Assembly (NCBI GenBank): GCA_963422685.1
Contig: OY730442.1
Coordinates: forward strand, 88,460-152,459
Reading direction: 5' to 3'
From: Arenicellales bacterium
GTDB lineage: Bacteria > Pseudomonadota > Gammaproteobacteria > Arenicellales > Poriferihabitantaceae
DNA: 64,000 nucleotides
Shown: piece after piece, positions 36,340-46,840 of the stretch
How positions within the stretch are numbered: position 1 is the stretch's first letter
Layout: each line of letters begins with the position of its first letter
Position numbers and translations under genes: made by a program
The notes under the pieces: model-generated
The model's input: only the letters and a program-made list of their open reading frames with translations
What the model was told of the DNA's origin: nothing
Database searches by the model: none

Positions 36340-37947
36340 ATGACACGCATAAAATCCGCAATTGATCCGCGCTCAAAGGAATTCGCCGGGAATGCCCGGG
36401 CGATGCAAACGCTGGTGGATGATCTGTTAAGCAAATCCCGGATAATCGCCCTGGGCGGCAGCGAACTGGCCCGCAAAAAACATACAAACCGGGGCAAACT
36501 TCTGGTCAGGGAACGAATTAACCAGCTCATCGACCGTGCAGCCCCTTTTCTTGAGTTTTCACAGTTTGCGGGGTGGGATATGTACCATGGCGGCATCCCG
36601 GCGGGCGGTATTATTACCGGCATCGGACCGGTCAACGGCATTGAATGCGTGGTCGTCGCCAACGACGCCACGGTCAAAGGCGGCACGTATTATCCGGTCA
36701 CGGTGAAGAAACACTTGCGGGCCCAGGAAATTGCCCTGGAAAACGCCCTGCCCTGCATTTATCTGGTGGATTCGGGGGGCGCATTTCTACCCCTTCAGGA
36801 TGAAGTATTTCCAGACAAGACGCATTTCGGCAGAATTTTTTTCAATCAGGCGAATTTATCTGCCGCAGGCATTCCACAGATTGCGGTCACCCTGGGCAGC
36901 TGCACCGCAGGCGGCGCCTACGTGCCGGCGATGTGCGATGAAAGCATCATTGTGCGCGGCCAGGGGACAATTTTTCTGGGCGGGCCGCCACTGGTGAAAG
37001 CGGCAACGGGTGAAGAAGTGGGCGCAGAGGAACTCGGCGGCGCAGACGTTCACGCGAAAACATCGGGCGTGGTTGACCATATTGCCAACGATGATCATCA
37101 TGCGCTCGGCCTGGCGAGAAATATTGTCGGTCAATTAAACAGGAATAAAAAAACCATACTGAACTGTCAGGCGCCCATGGCGCCGCATTATCCGGTAGCA
37201 GAACTTTACGGCATTATCCCCAAAGACCGGCATAAGCCTTTCGATATCAAGGAAGTGATTGCCCGGGTGGTTGATAACAGCGACCTCGACGAGTTTAAGG
37301 CATACTACGGCACCACCCTGGTATGCGGATTCGCGCATATTCATGGCTACCCTGTTGGCATGGTTGCCAACAATGGCATTTTATTTTCAGAGTCGGCCCT
37401 GAAAGGTACGCACTTCATCCAGCTATGCGCACAACGGCGAATTCCCCTGGTGTTTTTACAGAATATCAGCGGATTCATGGTGGGCAAAAAATACGAGGCC
37501 GGCGGCATTGCGAAAGACGGCGCCAAGATGGTGATGGCGGTGGCCAATGCCGCAGTGCCCAAGCTGACAGTGGTTGTCGGCGGCAGTTTCGGCGCGGGCA
37601 ATTACGCCATGTGCGGCCGGGCATTCGGTGGGAAATTCCTGTGGACATGGCCCAATGCACGCATCTCGGTGATGGGCGGCGAACAGGCAGCCAATGTACT
37701 GGCCCAGGTCAAACTGGACGCCATGACAGCCGACCGGCAAAGCTGGGACAAGAAAGAAATGGGCGCATTCAAACAATCCATTCATCAGCAATACGAAACC
37801 CAGGGCCATCCCTACTATGCCAGCGCCCGCCTCTGGGACGATGGCATCATCGATCCGGTGGACACCCGCCGGGTGCTGTCATTGGGTCTGTCGGCCGCAT
37901 TCAATGCGCCGATTGGGGAAACGCGCTTCGGTGTCTTCAGGATGTAA
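36340..37947 (+). CDS. liuB: methylcrotonyl-CoA carboxylase, carboxyltransferase (beta) subunit
   Basis: [15 protein letters not shown]...[24 protein letters not shown] and the carboxyltransferase fold. Start taken at ATG 36340. Confidence 0.9.
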   Translation: MTRIKSAIDPRSKEFAGNARAMQTLVDDLLSKSRIIALGGSELARKKHTNRGKLLVRERINQLIDRAAPFLEFSQFAGWDMYHGGIPAGGIITGIGPVNGIECVVVANDATVKGGTYYPVTVKKHLRAQEIALENALPCIYLVDSGGAFLPLQDEVFPDKTHFGRIFFNQANLSAAGIPQIAVTLGSCTAGGAYVPAMCDESIIVRGQGTIFLGGPPLVKAATGEEVGAEELGGADVHAKTSGVVDHIANDDHHALGLARNIVGQLNRNKKTILNCQAPMAPHYPVAELYGIIPKDRHKPFDIKEVIARVVDNSDLDEFKAYYGTTLVCGFAHIHGYPVGMVANNGILFSESALKGTHFIQLCAQRRIPLVFLQNISGFMVGKKYEAGGIAKDGAKMVMAVANAAVPKLTVVVGGSFGAGNYAMCGRAFGGKFLWTWPNARISVMGGEQAANVLAQVKLDAMTADRQSWDKKEMGAFKQSIHQQYETQGHPYYASARLWDDGIIDPVDTRRVLSLGLSAAFNAPIGETRFGVFRM

Positions 37948-39942
37948 ATGTTCAAGCGCCTGCTCATCGCAAACCGGGGAGAAATCGCCTGCCGCATCGC
38001 ACGCACCGCGAGGCAAATGGGCATCGCCACGATTGCCGTATATTCGGATATTGACCGCGATGCGCTGTATGTCAAACAGTGCGACCAGTCCTTTGCCCTG
38101 GGCGACGTCAGCCCAAAGCAAAGCTATCTGGATATGGATATAATTTTATCTGCCGCAAAACAATGCGATGCCCGGGCGATACATCCCGGCTATGGTTTTC
38201 TGGCTGAAAACCCAGCGTTTGCCGAGCGCTGCCAGCAAGCGGGCATGGTCTTCATCGGACCCACGCCGCAGTCAATCCGGCTCATGGGGTCCAAGAGCGC
38301 GGCAAGAAAATCCGTCGCCGCAGCCGGCTTGCCGCTGCTGCCGGGATACGATGGTGACCAGCAGGACCCGGCCGGCCTGCAACAGCATGCCGATGATATT
38401 GGCTACCCACTGTTAATCAAGGCCGTGGCCGGGGGCGGCGGTAAAGGTATGCGGGTGGTGGAGAGCCGGGATGATTTTTACGCTTCCCTGGCGGCGGTTA
38501 AACGCGAAAGCGCTTCTGCTTTTGGCGACCACCGGGTCATGCTGGAAAAATTTCTGACCGTGGCACGCCATATAGAAATCCAGATTTTCGCCGATCAATA
38601 CGGTAATTTTGTGCATTTATTTGAACGCGATTGTTCCATGCAGCGCCGCCGGCAAAAGGTAATCGAAGAAGCCCCCGCAGCGGCGATGACCCAGGCCCTG
38701 CGGAATAAAATGGCGGCCGCCGCAGTGCAGTGTGCCCGGGCAATCGGCTATGTAGGTGCCGGGACTGTGGAGTTTTTACTGGCCCCGAACGGTGAATTTT
38801 ATTTTATGGAAATGAATACCCGCCTTCAGGTAGAGCATCCGGTGACCGAGATGGTTAGCGGCCAGGACCTGGTGGAATGGCAAATTCGTGTTGCCGACGG
38901 GCAGCCCCTGCCCTGCGCTCAATCCCAATTGTCGTTGTCCGGTCACGCCGTGGAAGCACGGATTTACGCAGAAAATCCCGACCGGCAATTCTTGCCCGCC
39001 AGCGGCAGAATTCATTTTATCCAGCAGCCTCACAATCAGGCCGGTGTGCGGGTGGACAGCGGAATTCAAACCGGGGATACGGTCAGCCCGCATTACGACC
39101 CGATGATTTCCAAACTGATTGTGTGGGGCAGGTGCCGTTCCGCAGCATTGCAAAAAATGGATGCCGCGCTGGCCGAGTGCAAAATACTCGGAGTACAGAG
39201 CAATATTGCATTTTTACGCGCCCTGACCACTCATGCCCAGTTCCAACAGGGCAACACCGACACCCGGTTTATCGACACCCATTACGATGAATTGACTGCC
39301 CTTGAACCGGTTAATCTGGATCACTTGCTGGCATTGGCCTGTGGTTATGAATTGGTGCGAAAAACCCAAAGTCGGGTTCAATCTCCACATTCGGGTCATG
39401 CGGATAAATGGTCGCCCTGGAGCGCTGGCGACGGCTGGCAAAATAATCTGATCCGAACCAGTGCCATGGAATTTGCATACGATGACCGGATTTTCCAGGT
39501 TGATGTAGAATTTTCCCGCAACAATCCGGTGCTTTGGCTGCCGTCCGGTGCCTGTGCCGTGGAGGGCGAGATGCCCGATCGTCATCACATTCGACTCAAA
39601 TTGAATGGTCAATCGGTCACCGCAGTGATTGCCGGATCTGACAATGAATTGATGATCCATTATGCGGGCCGCAGCCACCGTCTTGAATTGATAGATCGTC
39701 GATTTCAGGGCGCCGCAAACGACCTCCAGGCCGGTACATTAACTGCGCCCATGCCCGGATTGGTGGTTGCCGTGGAAGTCGCAGTCGGCGACAGGGTGTC
39801 CGCCGGCACGCCGTTATTGATTATCGAGGCCATGAAAATGGAGCATCTTGTCAAATCGCCAAAACCCGGAATTGTCCGGGAAATAAACCATGCCGTCGGC
39901 GACCAGGTGCGCGACGGCGACGCTTTGCTGGTAATTGAATGA
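37948..39942 (+). CDS. liuD: methylcrotonyl-CoA carboxylase, biotin-carboxylase/BCCP (alpha) subunit
   Basis: ATP-grasp biotin carboxylase N-terminus MFKRLLIANRGEIACR and biotinylation site IEAMKMEH. Confidence 0.9.
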   Translation: MFKRLLIANRGEIACRIARTARQMGIATIAVYSDIDRDALYVKQCDQSFALGDVSPKQSYLDMDIILSAAKQCDARAIHPGYGFLAENPAFAERCQQAGMVFIGPTPQSIRLMGSKSAARKSVAAAGLPLLPGYDGDQQDPAGLQQHADDIGYPLLIKAVAGGGGKGMRVVESRDDFYASLAAVKRESASAFGDHRVMLEKFLTVARHIEIQIFADQYGNFVHLFERDCSMQRRRQKVIEEAPAAAMTQALRNKMAAAAVQCARAIGYVGAGTVEFLLAPNGEFYFMEMNTRLQVEHPVTEMVSGQDLVEWQIRVADGQPLPCAQSQLSLSGHAVEARIYAENPDRQFLPASGRIHFIQQPHNQAGVRVDSGIQTGDTVSPHYDPMISKLIVWGRCRSAALQKMDAALAECKILGVQSNIAFLRALTTHAQFQQGNTDTRFIDTHYDELTALEPVNLDHLLALACGYELVRKTQSRVQSPHSGHADKWSPWSAGDGWQNNLIRTSAMEFAYDDRIFQVDVEFSRNNPVLWLPSGACAVEGEMPDRHHIRLKLNGQSVTAVIAGSDNELMIHYAGRSHRLELIDRRFQGAANDLQAGTLTAPMPGLVVAVEVAVGDRVSAGTPLLIIEAMKMEHLVKSPKPGIVREINHAVGDQVRDGDALLVIE

Positions 39943-40835
39943 TGCCATTGCCCGGTCAGGTGCGCATCGTCGAGGTGGGCCCGCGAGACGGCCTGCAAAA
40001 CGAGCCGACCAAACTGTCCGCAGCGGTTCGCGCCGAATTGATTCTCGCGCTGGTGGATTGCGGACTGCGCCATATCGAAGCGGGTAGTTTCGTTCACCCG
40101 CAATGGGTGCCGCAAATGACGCAAACCGATGCCGTACTCGCCAAACTGCCGTTGCAGGGCGAAATCCGGTTTCCGGTATTGGTTCCCAACCTGACCGGTT
40201 TGGAAAAGGCGCTGCACTCCGGCGCCAATGAAATCGCCGTATTTGCGGCGGCATCCGAAGCATTCAGCCAGAAAAATATCAACTGCTCCATTGCCCAAAG
40301 CATCCGGCAATTTGCGCCCGTGGTCGAACGAGCAGATTCACTGGGCATAAAAGTCAGGGGCTATGTGTCCTGTGTGATGGGCTGCCCTTATGCAGGCCCG
40401 GTTGCGGTTAAAGCCGTGACAAAAGTTGTGGTCGGGCTCAACCGGATCGGCTGCTATGAAATTTCGCTGGGTGACACCATTGGCGTGGGAACGCCCGGGC
40501 AAACCGAGCGCCTGATTGATGCCTTGACCAGACATATCGATGTAGCCCGGCTGGCGGTGCATTTCCATGACACCTATGGTCAGGCGCTGGCGAATATTTA
40601 CGCCGCCCTGGGGCTGGGGATAAGTGTGATTGACGCGGCGGTGGCCGGCCTCGGCGGCTGCCCCTATGCCCGGGGCGCCAGCGGCAACGTGGCAACCGAA
40701 GACGTGGTTTACCTGCTCAATGGCCTGGGCATTTCCCATGGCATTGATCTGGATAAACTGGTCCACACCGGACGCGACATCTGTGCACGATTAAACCGCC
40801 CGGTCACGTCCCGGGTTAATCTCGCCATGCTTTAG
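39939..40835 (+). CDS. liuE: hydroxymethylglutaryl-CoA lyase
   Basis: VRIVEVGPRDGLQNE and HFHDTYGQALAN motifs. Confidence 0.9.
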   Translation: MMPLPGQVRIVEVGPRDGLQNEPTKLSAAVRAELILALVDCGLRHIEAGSFVHPQWVPQMTQTDAVLAKLPLQGEIRFPVLVPNLTGLEKALHSGANEIAVFAAASEAFSQKNINCSIAQSIRQFAPVVERADSLGIKVRGYVSCVMGCPYAGPVAVKAVTKVVVGLNRIGCYEISLGDTIGVGTPGQTERLIDALTRHIDVARLAVHFHDTYGQALANIYAALGLGISVIDAAVAGLGGCPYARGASGNVATEDVVYLLNGLGISHGIDLDKLVHTGRDICARLNRPVTSRVNLAML

Positions 40836-40895
40836 TATCCGTGCGGGCAGCCCGGCAAATAAATTTTGAATGACTACCAAAGGAGAACCAACGCT

Positions 40896-41588
40896 ATGCC
40901 TGCTACGATGAATATCACCCTGGGGTTTGACGTTTACGGCACCCTCATCGACACCCATGGCGTTGTCGCCCGGCTCGAAAAAATGGTCGGCCGTGATGCC
41001 GCGCGTTTTTCGCAAATTTGGCGTGAGAAGCAACTGGAATATACTTTTCGACGCAGCCTGATGAATCGCTATCAGAACTTCGGGGTGTGCACCCGCCAGG
41101 CACTCGGCTATACCGCCAGCCTTCTTGATCATCGACTAACCGGGCCGCAGCAGCAAATCCTGCTCGACGCCTATGCCGCCCTGCCCGCATTCGATGATGC
41201 GGTCAGTGGATTGTCGGCGGCAAAACAGGCCGGGTTCAATTTGTATGCCTTTTCCAATGGCCAGGCCGAAGCGGTCAATACGGTTTTGACCAACGCCGGC
41301 ATACGGGATTACTTTATAGGCGTGGTCAGCGTGGATGAAATTGGCAGGTTCAAACCCGATCCAGCGGTTTACCATCATTTTATGGCTGCAACCCGCGCAC
41401 AATCCGGCCTGGCCTGGCTGGTATCAAGCAACGGTTTCGACGTGATCGGTGCGGTTTCCGCTGGCATGAAAGCGATATGGGTGCAGCGCTCCACTGCGAT
41501 TGTGTACGATCCCTGGGAGTATGCGCCCACGCTAACCCTGGATTCGCTGAATAATTTACCCGCTGCAATGGGGCTGGTGCAGCAATGA
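40896..41588 (+). CDS. haloacid dehalogenase type II / HAD hydrolase
   Basis: HAD motif I FDVYGTLID. An AGGAGA Shine-Dalgarno precedes ATG 40896. Confidence 0.8.
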   Translation: MPATMNITLGFDVYGTLIDTHGVVARLEKMVGRDAARFSQIWREKQLEYTFRRSLMNRYQNFGVCTRQALGYTASLLDHRLTGPQQQILLDAYAALPAFDDAVSGLSAAKQAGFNLYAFSNGQAEAVNTVLTNAGIRDYFIGVVSVDEIGRFKPDPAVYHHFMAATRAQSGLAWLVSSNGFDVIGAVSAGMKAIWVQRSTAIVYDPWEYAPTLTLDSLNNLPAAMGLVQQ

Positions 41589-41740
41589 TCAGGGACTCAG
41601 CATCTTTCAATACAGGCGATCAGGGTCGATTACCCGACTCATTGGGAATTCGTTCGGTTGAACTCAATAGCGACCGCTCCGTAGTAGAAATGGAGATTGT
41701 CACCCACGCACTCAATTTTAATGGCTATATCCATGGTGGC
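41585..41740 (+). pseudogene. 5' fragment (about 50 codons) of a second PaaI-type thioesterase, truncated by the GC-rich block
   Basis: LGIRSVELNSDRSVVEMEIVTHALNFNGYIHGGG. The ATG overlaps the HAD stop (ATGA). Homology ends where GC content jumps. Confidence 0.5.
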
Positions 41741-41741
41741 G

Positions 41742-42735
41742 GCGCGCTGGCTGAAGCTCTCTGCGGAGGAACGCGAGCGCACCGGGGTGATGGCCCCGAG
41801 CCATGAGTTGCGCGAGGGAATCAACGCGCATATCCGCGAGCGTCTTGCCCGCGAGGGACGCATCGCGGGGCCGATCCTGCAAACGCAACGCCTGGTGTCG
41901 AAAGGCTATACTCGGGCGGAGAAGGCGCTCGCCTCCAACTACGCGCCCGGCGATGTCGTGGCGTTCCACCGTCCCTACAAGCGTCTCGGCGTCGAAAAGG
42001 GCGATGAAAGGCGCGTCGAAAGCGTCGATCGCAAGAACATGACCGTCCATCTCGAGGGTCCGGACGGCTCGACCGTGGCCTGGAAGCCATCCGAAATCGG
42101 CGGGCGGCAGCGAGGTCTATCGCGCCGAAACCGTCGCGCTTCGCGCGGGCGACTGCATCCGCTGGACCCGCAACGACAAGGGGCTCGGGCTGGTCAACAG
42201 CGGCACGGCCGAGGTCGTGGGCGTGCGCAACGGGCGGGTGACGTTCCTGCTGGAGGAAGGGCGCAGGCTGACGCTGACGCCAGGCGACCCACAGTTGCGC
42301 CATCTCGATCATCACGCATGGGCCTCGACCGTGCACGCTTATCGGGGCACACGGTGAACAACGTGATCGCGGCGATGGAGGCCGACCACCCCCAACTGAC
42401 CACGGCCAAGGCGTTTTACGTCGAGATCTCGCGCGCCCGCGACCGGGCGGAGCTGGTCACCGACGACGCTCAAGCGCTCAAGGAACGGCTGGAAGCGGTG
42501 ACCGGCGAGCGCATCTCGGCGCTTGAAGGCATCGGCGAGAGTGTCCAACCGGGACGCGAACGCGAGCATGGGAAGGACGGGAAAGCTCTGCCTGATCGTG
42601 AACGACCGGGCCCGGAGCCATCCGCGCCGCTCACGCCGGAGAAGGGAATTCGAGCCGTCAATATCGCGGGACAGGACGCCGGAGCACGAGCCGCCCGCCA
42701 AGGGCAACGGCGTCGAGATCGACCTCGGCCTCTGA
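41742..42735 (+). pseudogene. C-terminal fragment of a TraA/MobA-type conjugative relaxase, at least three frameshifts
   Basis: RTGVMAPSHELREGINAHIRERL..., then in another frame VYRAETVALRAGDCIRWTRNDKGLGLVNSG...HAWASTVHAY. It returns to TVNNVIAAMEADHPQLTTAKAFYVEISRARDRAELVTDD. The natural end ...VEIDLGL* is in a third frame. The relaxase and helicase N-terminal domains are absent. Confidence 0.7.
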
Positions 42736-42799
42736 GCGCAGATCGTTCGCACCTCGCTTCATGCATATTCGCATTTTCTCGGACGTCATCACCTTGCCA

Positions 42800-45753
42800 T
42801 CAGCGCCGTTTTGGTTTCCGGGGCCTTGACGATGCATTCGATGCAGAATCGGTTCTCTTTCGCGACTGCCGCAGGTTTCTCGTGTAGTCGCAGTCCGGGA
42901 AGTTCGAACAGCCGAGGAAGCGGCCGTATCTCCCCATTCTGGTGTTCAGCCAGCCATTGCAGACCAGACAGGCCTCGATGGCCCCGCCGCAGTCGCGGCA
43001 GCGGTAAGCCTCGCCGGACCTGACGGGAAGGCCGTTTCCGCAGCGGGGGCAGGCACGCGCGGTGTGCTCGCAGAGCGGAAAGTTCGAGCAGCCGTAGAAG
43101 ACGCCTCCGTCGCGGGCGTTCTCGCGGTGCTCCAGCCGGCCGCCGGTGCATCGCGGACAGGATACGTCGCCCTTCGGCGGACGGCCGAATACCTCAATGT
43201 CGTATCCACCGTCGATCAACTCCGTCACGAATTCCGAAGGCGGGCCGCCGTCGGCAAGCAGGAAGACCTGACGTCTCGCCCGGGTGATGGCGACATAGAG
43301 CAGGCGCCGCTCCTCGGCGTTCGGATGCGCTTCGGGCGCCGCCAGCACCAGATCGAGCAGCGGATCGTCGGCGATCGCGACGGGAAACCCGTGCTTTCCC
43401 GAACACAGACCAAGGATCACCGCATAGTCGGCCTCGAGACCCTTCGAGCGGTGCACGGTCATCCAGGTGAAGCGAAGGCCCGGATACTGTTTGGGCAGCG
43501 CGTCCAGGTTGCGGGGCCGCAGATGCCGGTAGCGGCCCAGCAGCAGCACCTCCGATGTGCCGTCGTATTGGCGGGCATCCGCTTCGATTCTGTCGAGCGC
43601 CTCCTTCAGAAGCGCGAGATCCTGCTCGCCGGGGAGCCCGACGTATACAGCAGGCCCGTCGGCCTTCCGCGTCGTGCGGACCGTCTTTGGGATTTGCGCC
43701 GGGTTGCGCAGCACGAAATCGGTAGCGACCGCGGCAATGCGGTCGGCGCAGCGGAACGTGGTCGCGAGATCGATGCGCTCGAACGCGCCAAAATGGTCCT
43801 CGGACTCCCGCATGACCGCGATGTCCGAGCCGCTGAACCGGTAGATCGCCTGCCAGTCGTCGCCGACCGCGAACAGCTGGGCCCCCGGCGAGCTGTCGAG
43901 CAATGCCTTCAGTAGCCCCGCGCGGGACGACGAAATGTCCTGGAACTCGTCGACCAGGATGTATCCGAACGGGCTGCGGTAACGCCCGGTCTCCACGAGA
44001 TCGGTCGCCCGGTCGATCATGTCGTGGAAGTCGATCTCGCCTGCGCGGGCAAGCGCCTCCTGGTAGCGTTCGAATATCGGCCGGAACACTGCAACGAACG
44101 CCTGCGCCCGCTTCCTGTCCCGGTGGCCGCCGGCGCGTTCGGCGATGTCGGCAAAGGACAGCCGACTGCCCTTGAAGTGCTGCAGGAAGGTCGCCACCAG
44201 TCGCGTGAACGGATCGATCCGGCCCTGCTGCTCGAGAGCGGCGAACACCTCCTCGCGCGGGATCGGCGAAAGGGGCACATCGTGGGCCACAAGCTTCTCC
44301 GTCAGGTTGCAGAGCAGCCTGCCGTCGGCCTGTTCGTGGCTGAAGGTTTCGACAAGGACGGTGCTGTGCTCGGCATGGACGCCGCGCTTCCACTCCATTT
44401 CTCGCCGATACTGCTCCCGATCGACGAATGCCGCCGTGTTCCCCGCGGCGTCGATCCCGAAGTGCTCGATATAGATGCCGTGTTCGGGAAGATGGAAGTC
44501 GGGCTTGTACTGGCGCTTTTCCGAGGTCGCCAAGTCGTGCTCGTAGGGGGCTTCGTACTCGTAGGCGACGCCGTGAAGGTAGAGGAAGTTCGCGATCTCG
44601 CATTCCTCGAAGCTGCGGACGGTTTCGCCCTTGAGCGATCGGATGTCGAACTTGCGGATGTAGTCGTGGTACTCGCCCCAGTTTCTGAACTCGTGCTCGC
44701 TTTTGTATGGCGCGAACCGGCCCAGGAACCATTCATGCAGCGTGGCGGAGAGTTTCTGGTCGGGGAGCAGATAGGCCACGATTCCCTTGAGCAGGTCGAA
44801 CAGCGTTTGGTCGTTCTTCGCCGTCGCGGCGAGCGCCGGGCGCTTCCCCTCGGCTTCGCCGATGATCGCCATGCCGAGGCTGTGGAAGGTGCGCACCGTC
44901 ACGTCGCGCACAATTGCGGCGCCGAGACGCTTGTCCATCCGCTCTCCTCCATCTCCTTGCGGGCGTCTCGCGCGAAGGCGAGCAGAAGCAGTTCGGACGG
45001 CTTGCGGTATCCCTTGCGCACGAGCCAGCCGGTCTTGGCCACGATGACCGAGGTCTTGCCGCTGCCGGCCGCAGCGACCACGAGATTGCGACGCGCGTCG
45101 ATGACGACCGCCCTGCGCTGCTCTTCCGTGAGCGGGCGGGCCGCGATCCGGTCGAAGAACGCGCGCGAGCGGACCAGCTCATTGCCGACGAACGCCCTGT
45201 TGGCCTTCGCCCGGGCATCGCCAGGCGCTTCCAGAAACTTGAGGATGTCCCGCAGCATCCGGATCTCCGGGGCATCCGACAGCGCTTGCGGCCACCGCGC
45301 CACCAATCCGCCGGCAACCGTTTGCGCCTCGGCCTCAAGGCCGCGAAGCGCGTCGGCGGTGAGATATTTCAGCGGGTCGGCAAACTCGGCGATGCGGTCG
45401 TGGGCCAGTCGGAGCGCGCCGGTGCGTGCGGCGAGGGCCCGGCGCCACCATTCGCATCTCGCCGTTTCAATGGCTTCGGCCAGGGCGCATGCGGCCGCGC
45501 GGCGCAGGCCCGAAACATGCGTGTTGCCCGCGGTATGGCGGATCCGAACGCTGGAGTAGAGCCAACCACCAGCTGCGTCGACCGTTTCCACACCGCCCAA
45601 CGACATGTCGGCGGAGCGTGAACCGAACAACAGCCGGATCGCGTCGGCGTTCACCGATGCTGCTCTGGCATGGTGCGGATGCAGAATCGCAAACACGATT
45701 CTGGCCAGCCCGGTTCGTTTTACCTCAAACAGGATGCCCACCGTCAACTTCAA
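42800..45753 (-). pseudogene. helD: HelD-like (helicase IV, UvrD superfamily 1) helicase with C-terminal topoisomerase-type zinc ribbons, split by one frameshift near 44935
   Basis: ORF 44899..45753 ends ...VVAAAGSGKTSVIVAKTGWLVRKGYRKPSELLLLAFARDARKEMEE. ORF 42800..44938 continues MDKRLGAAIVRDVTVRTFHSLG...ILVDEFQDIS...FAVGDDWQAIYRFSG...RRLLYVAITRAR, then CPRC...GCSNFPLC, CPRC...CRDC and CLVC...GCSNFPDC. It is collinear with E. coli HelD as I recall it. Confidence 0.8.
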
Positions 45754-46136
45754 TGGATGCCCGGGTCGTCTGGCGCGTGGTGATGTGCGGGGGTTTCTTT
45801 CAACCTTCTTTCCGAGTCTTTCAGGGGGTGAGCGTTTCCAAAGGCAATATTATGCCGAACCGCTTCCGAAAATTCACCATCGGGCTCGCTCACCCGGACA
45901 CGTCGCTCATGATTTTGGCCATGGCCTTCCGTGCCGCGCGGACGACGGCGTCGAGTTCTTTTTCGCGCCGGGCGTCGAACAATTCATCGCGCGTGATCGT
46001 GGCAAGAATGTAGACGGCACGGTAGGTGGCCTCGATGAGCGCGAGGTGTCCCGCGTCAACGTGGCCGGGAGACTTGCCGAGCGGTCCTCGGCGGCGTCGA
46101 GCTCGTCCGCTCGGGCGTGCGCTCGCCGGCCGAAAG

Positions 46137-46519
46137 GCCACCGCAAGCACACCGCCATATTTAGTCGTGCCAAAAGCGTTGGCATGTTTGATCGCATCCA
46201 TACTTCTGTCCACGCCAGGCCCCTTGCCGTACCACATACCGAATACACCATCAAACCCGGGCCCTGGTATCAGATGTACCTGCTGCGTTCCCCACACGGC
46301 CGTAGCGGCTAAATCTTCGTTCACCCCGGGCTGAAAATGAATATTATGCCGGTCGAAGTATTGCCTGGCTTTCCAGATACGAAACCCGCCGTATTGAGCC
46401 CGGCCTCCATATCAAGCCTGTGCTGCATCAGCGGCAAGCGCACCAGCGCCTCAATGCCGGTCATGTAGGCGGTCAACCTCAAATGAATATTTCTCGTCCA
46501 GAGATACGTTATGTGTCAT
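46137..46519 (-). pseudogene. 5' remnant of an indolepyruvate:ferredoxin oxidoreductase family gene
   Basis: MTHNVSLDEKYSFEVDRLHMTGIEALVRLPLMQHRLDMEAGLNTAGFVSG, then a frame switch to IWKARQYFDRHNIHFQPGVNEDLAATAVWGTQQ...GMWYGKGPGVDRS...GGVLAVA. The GDDH... continuation and about 1000 further codons are missing. Confidence 0.7.
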
Positions 46520-46840
46520 CGGCAAGGCCAATCCCGTCAGTTCATCGAATCAATTTTAGGCGCTGTTATTGGCTATATTACCCGGATTGAGTCGTATTGT
46601 ACGGGAGTGATGACCGAATCGGTATGAATGCAGGTTGATGCAGGGCGTCCAGCCCCAAAGGCTGATTTTTGCCCCAAATGTTGACGATGGGCCGGGTCAC
46701 CCGGGTTTTTATGCTAACAAAAACCAACTGTCCGCTGGTCTAACCCATGATGTACGTTGACAGGTCTTTATTCATCAGGTAACGGCAATGGCCCTCTTCC
46801 ATGAGGTAGATGCAGTACGAGTAACCGTGAATCAGACAGG

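Larger units (their letters stand above)
41740..46136. other. GC-rich foreign DNA block (about 4.4 kb) made of plasmid/ICE-type gene wreckage
   Basis: There is an abrupt composition shift (72% GC on line 43021-43080 versus about 55% for flanks). Both flanking native genes lose their 3' ends at the junctions. Confidence 0.7.

Noticed and set aside
41697-42887. 396-aa ORF that looks like an intact gene
   Set aside because: It is a composite. It starts in native thioesterase DNA in the wrong frame, contains real relaxase segments separated by an out-of-frame stretch, and runs past the natural ...VEIDLGL* end.
44925-44945. HelD frame split as programmed ribosomal frameshifting
   Set aside because: There is no slippery heptamer or downstream structure. 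The neighbouring genes in the block are also broken. A mutational or sequencing indel in GGAGGAGAG is more likely.
43194-45559. Very long ORFs (512 aa on the minus strand at 43194..44732, 511 aa on the plus strand at 44024..45559) in the GC-rich block
   Set aside because: They are alternative or antisense frames of the HelD-like gene. Their Arg/Pro/Ala/Gly-rich low-complexity translations are typical of stop-poor high-GC DNA.
45890-46324. 144-aa ORF
   Set aside because: It is a chimeric reading frame that joins the native oxidoreductase remnant to the tail of an unrelated GC-rich gene across the junction near 46136.
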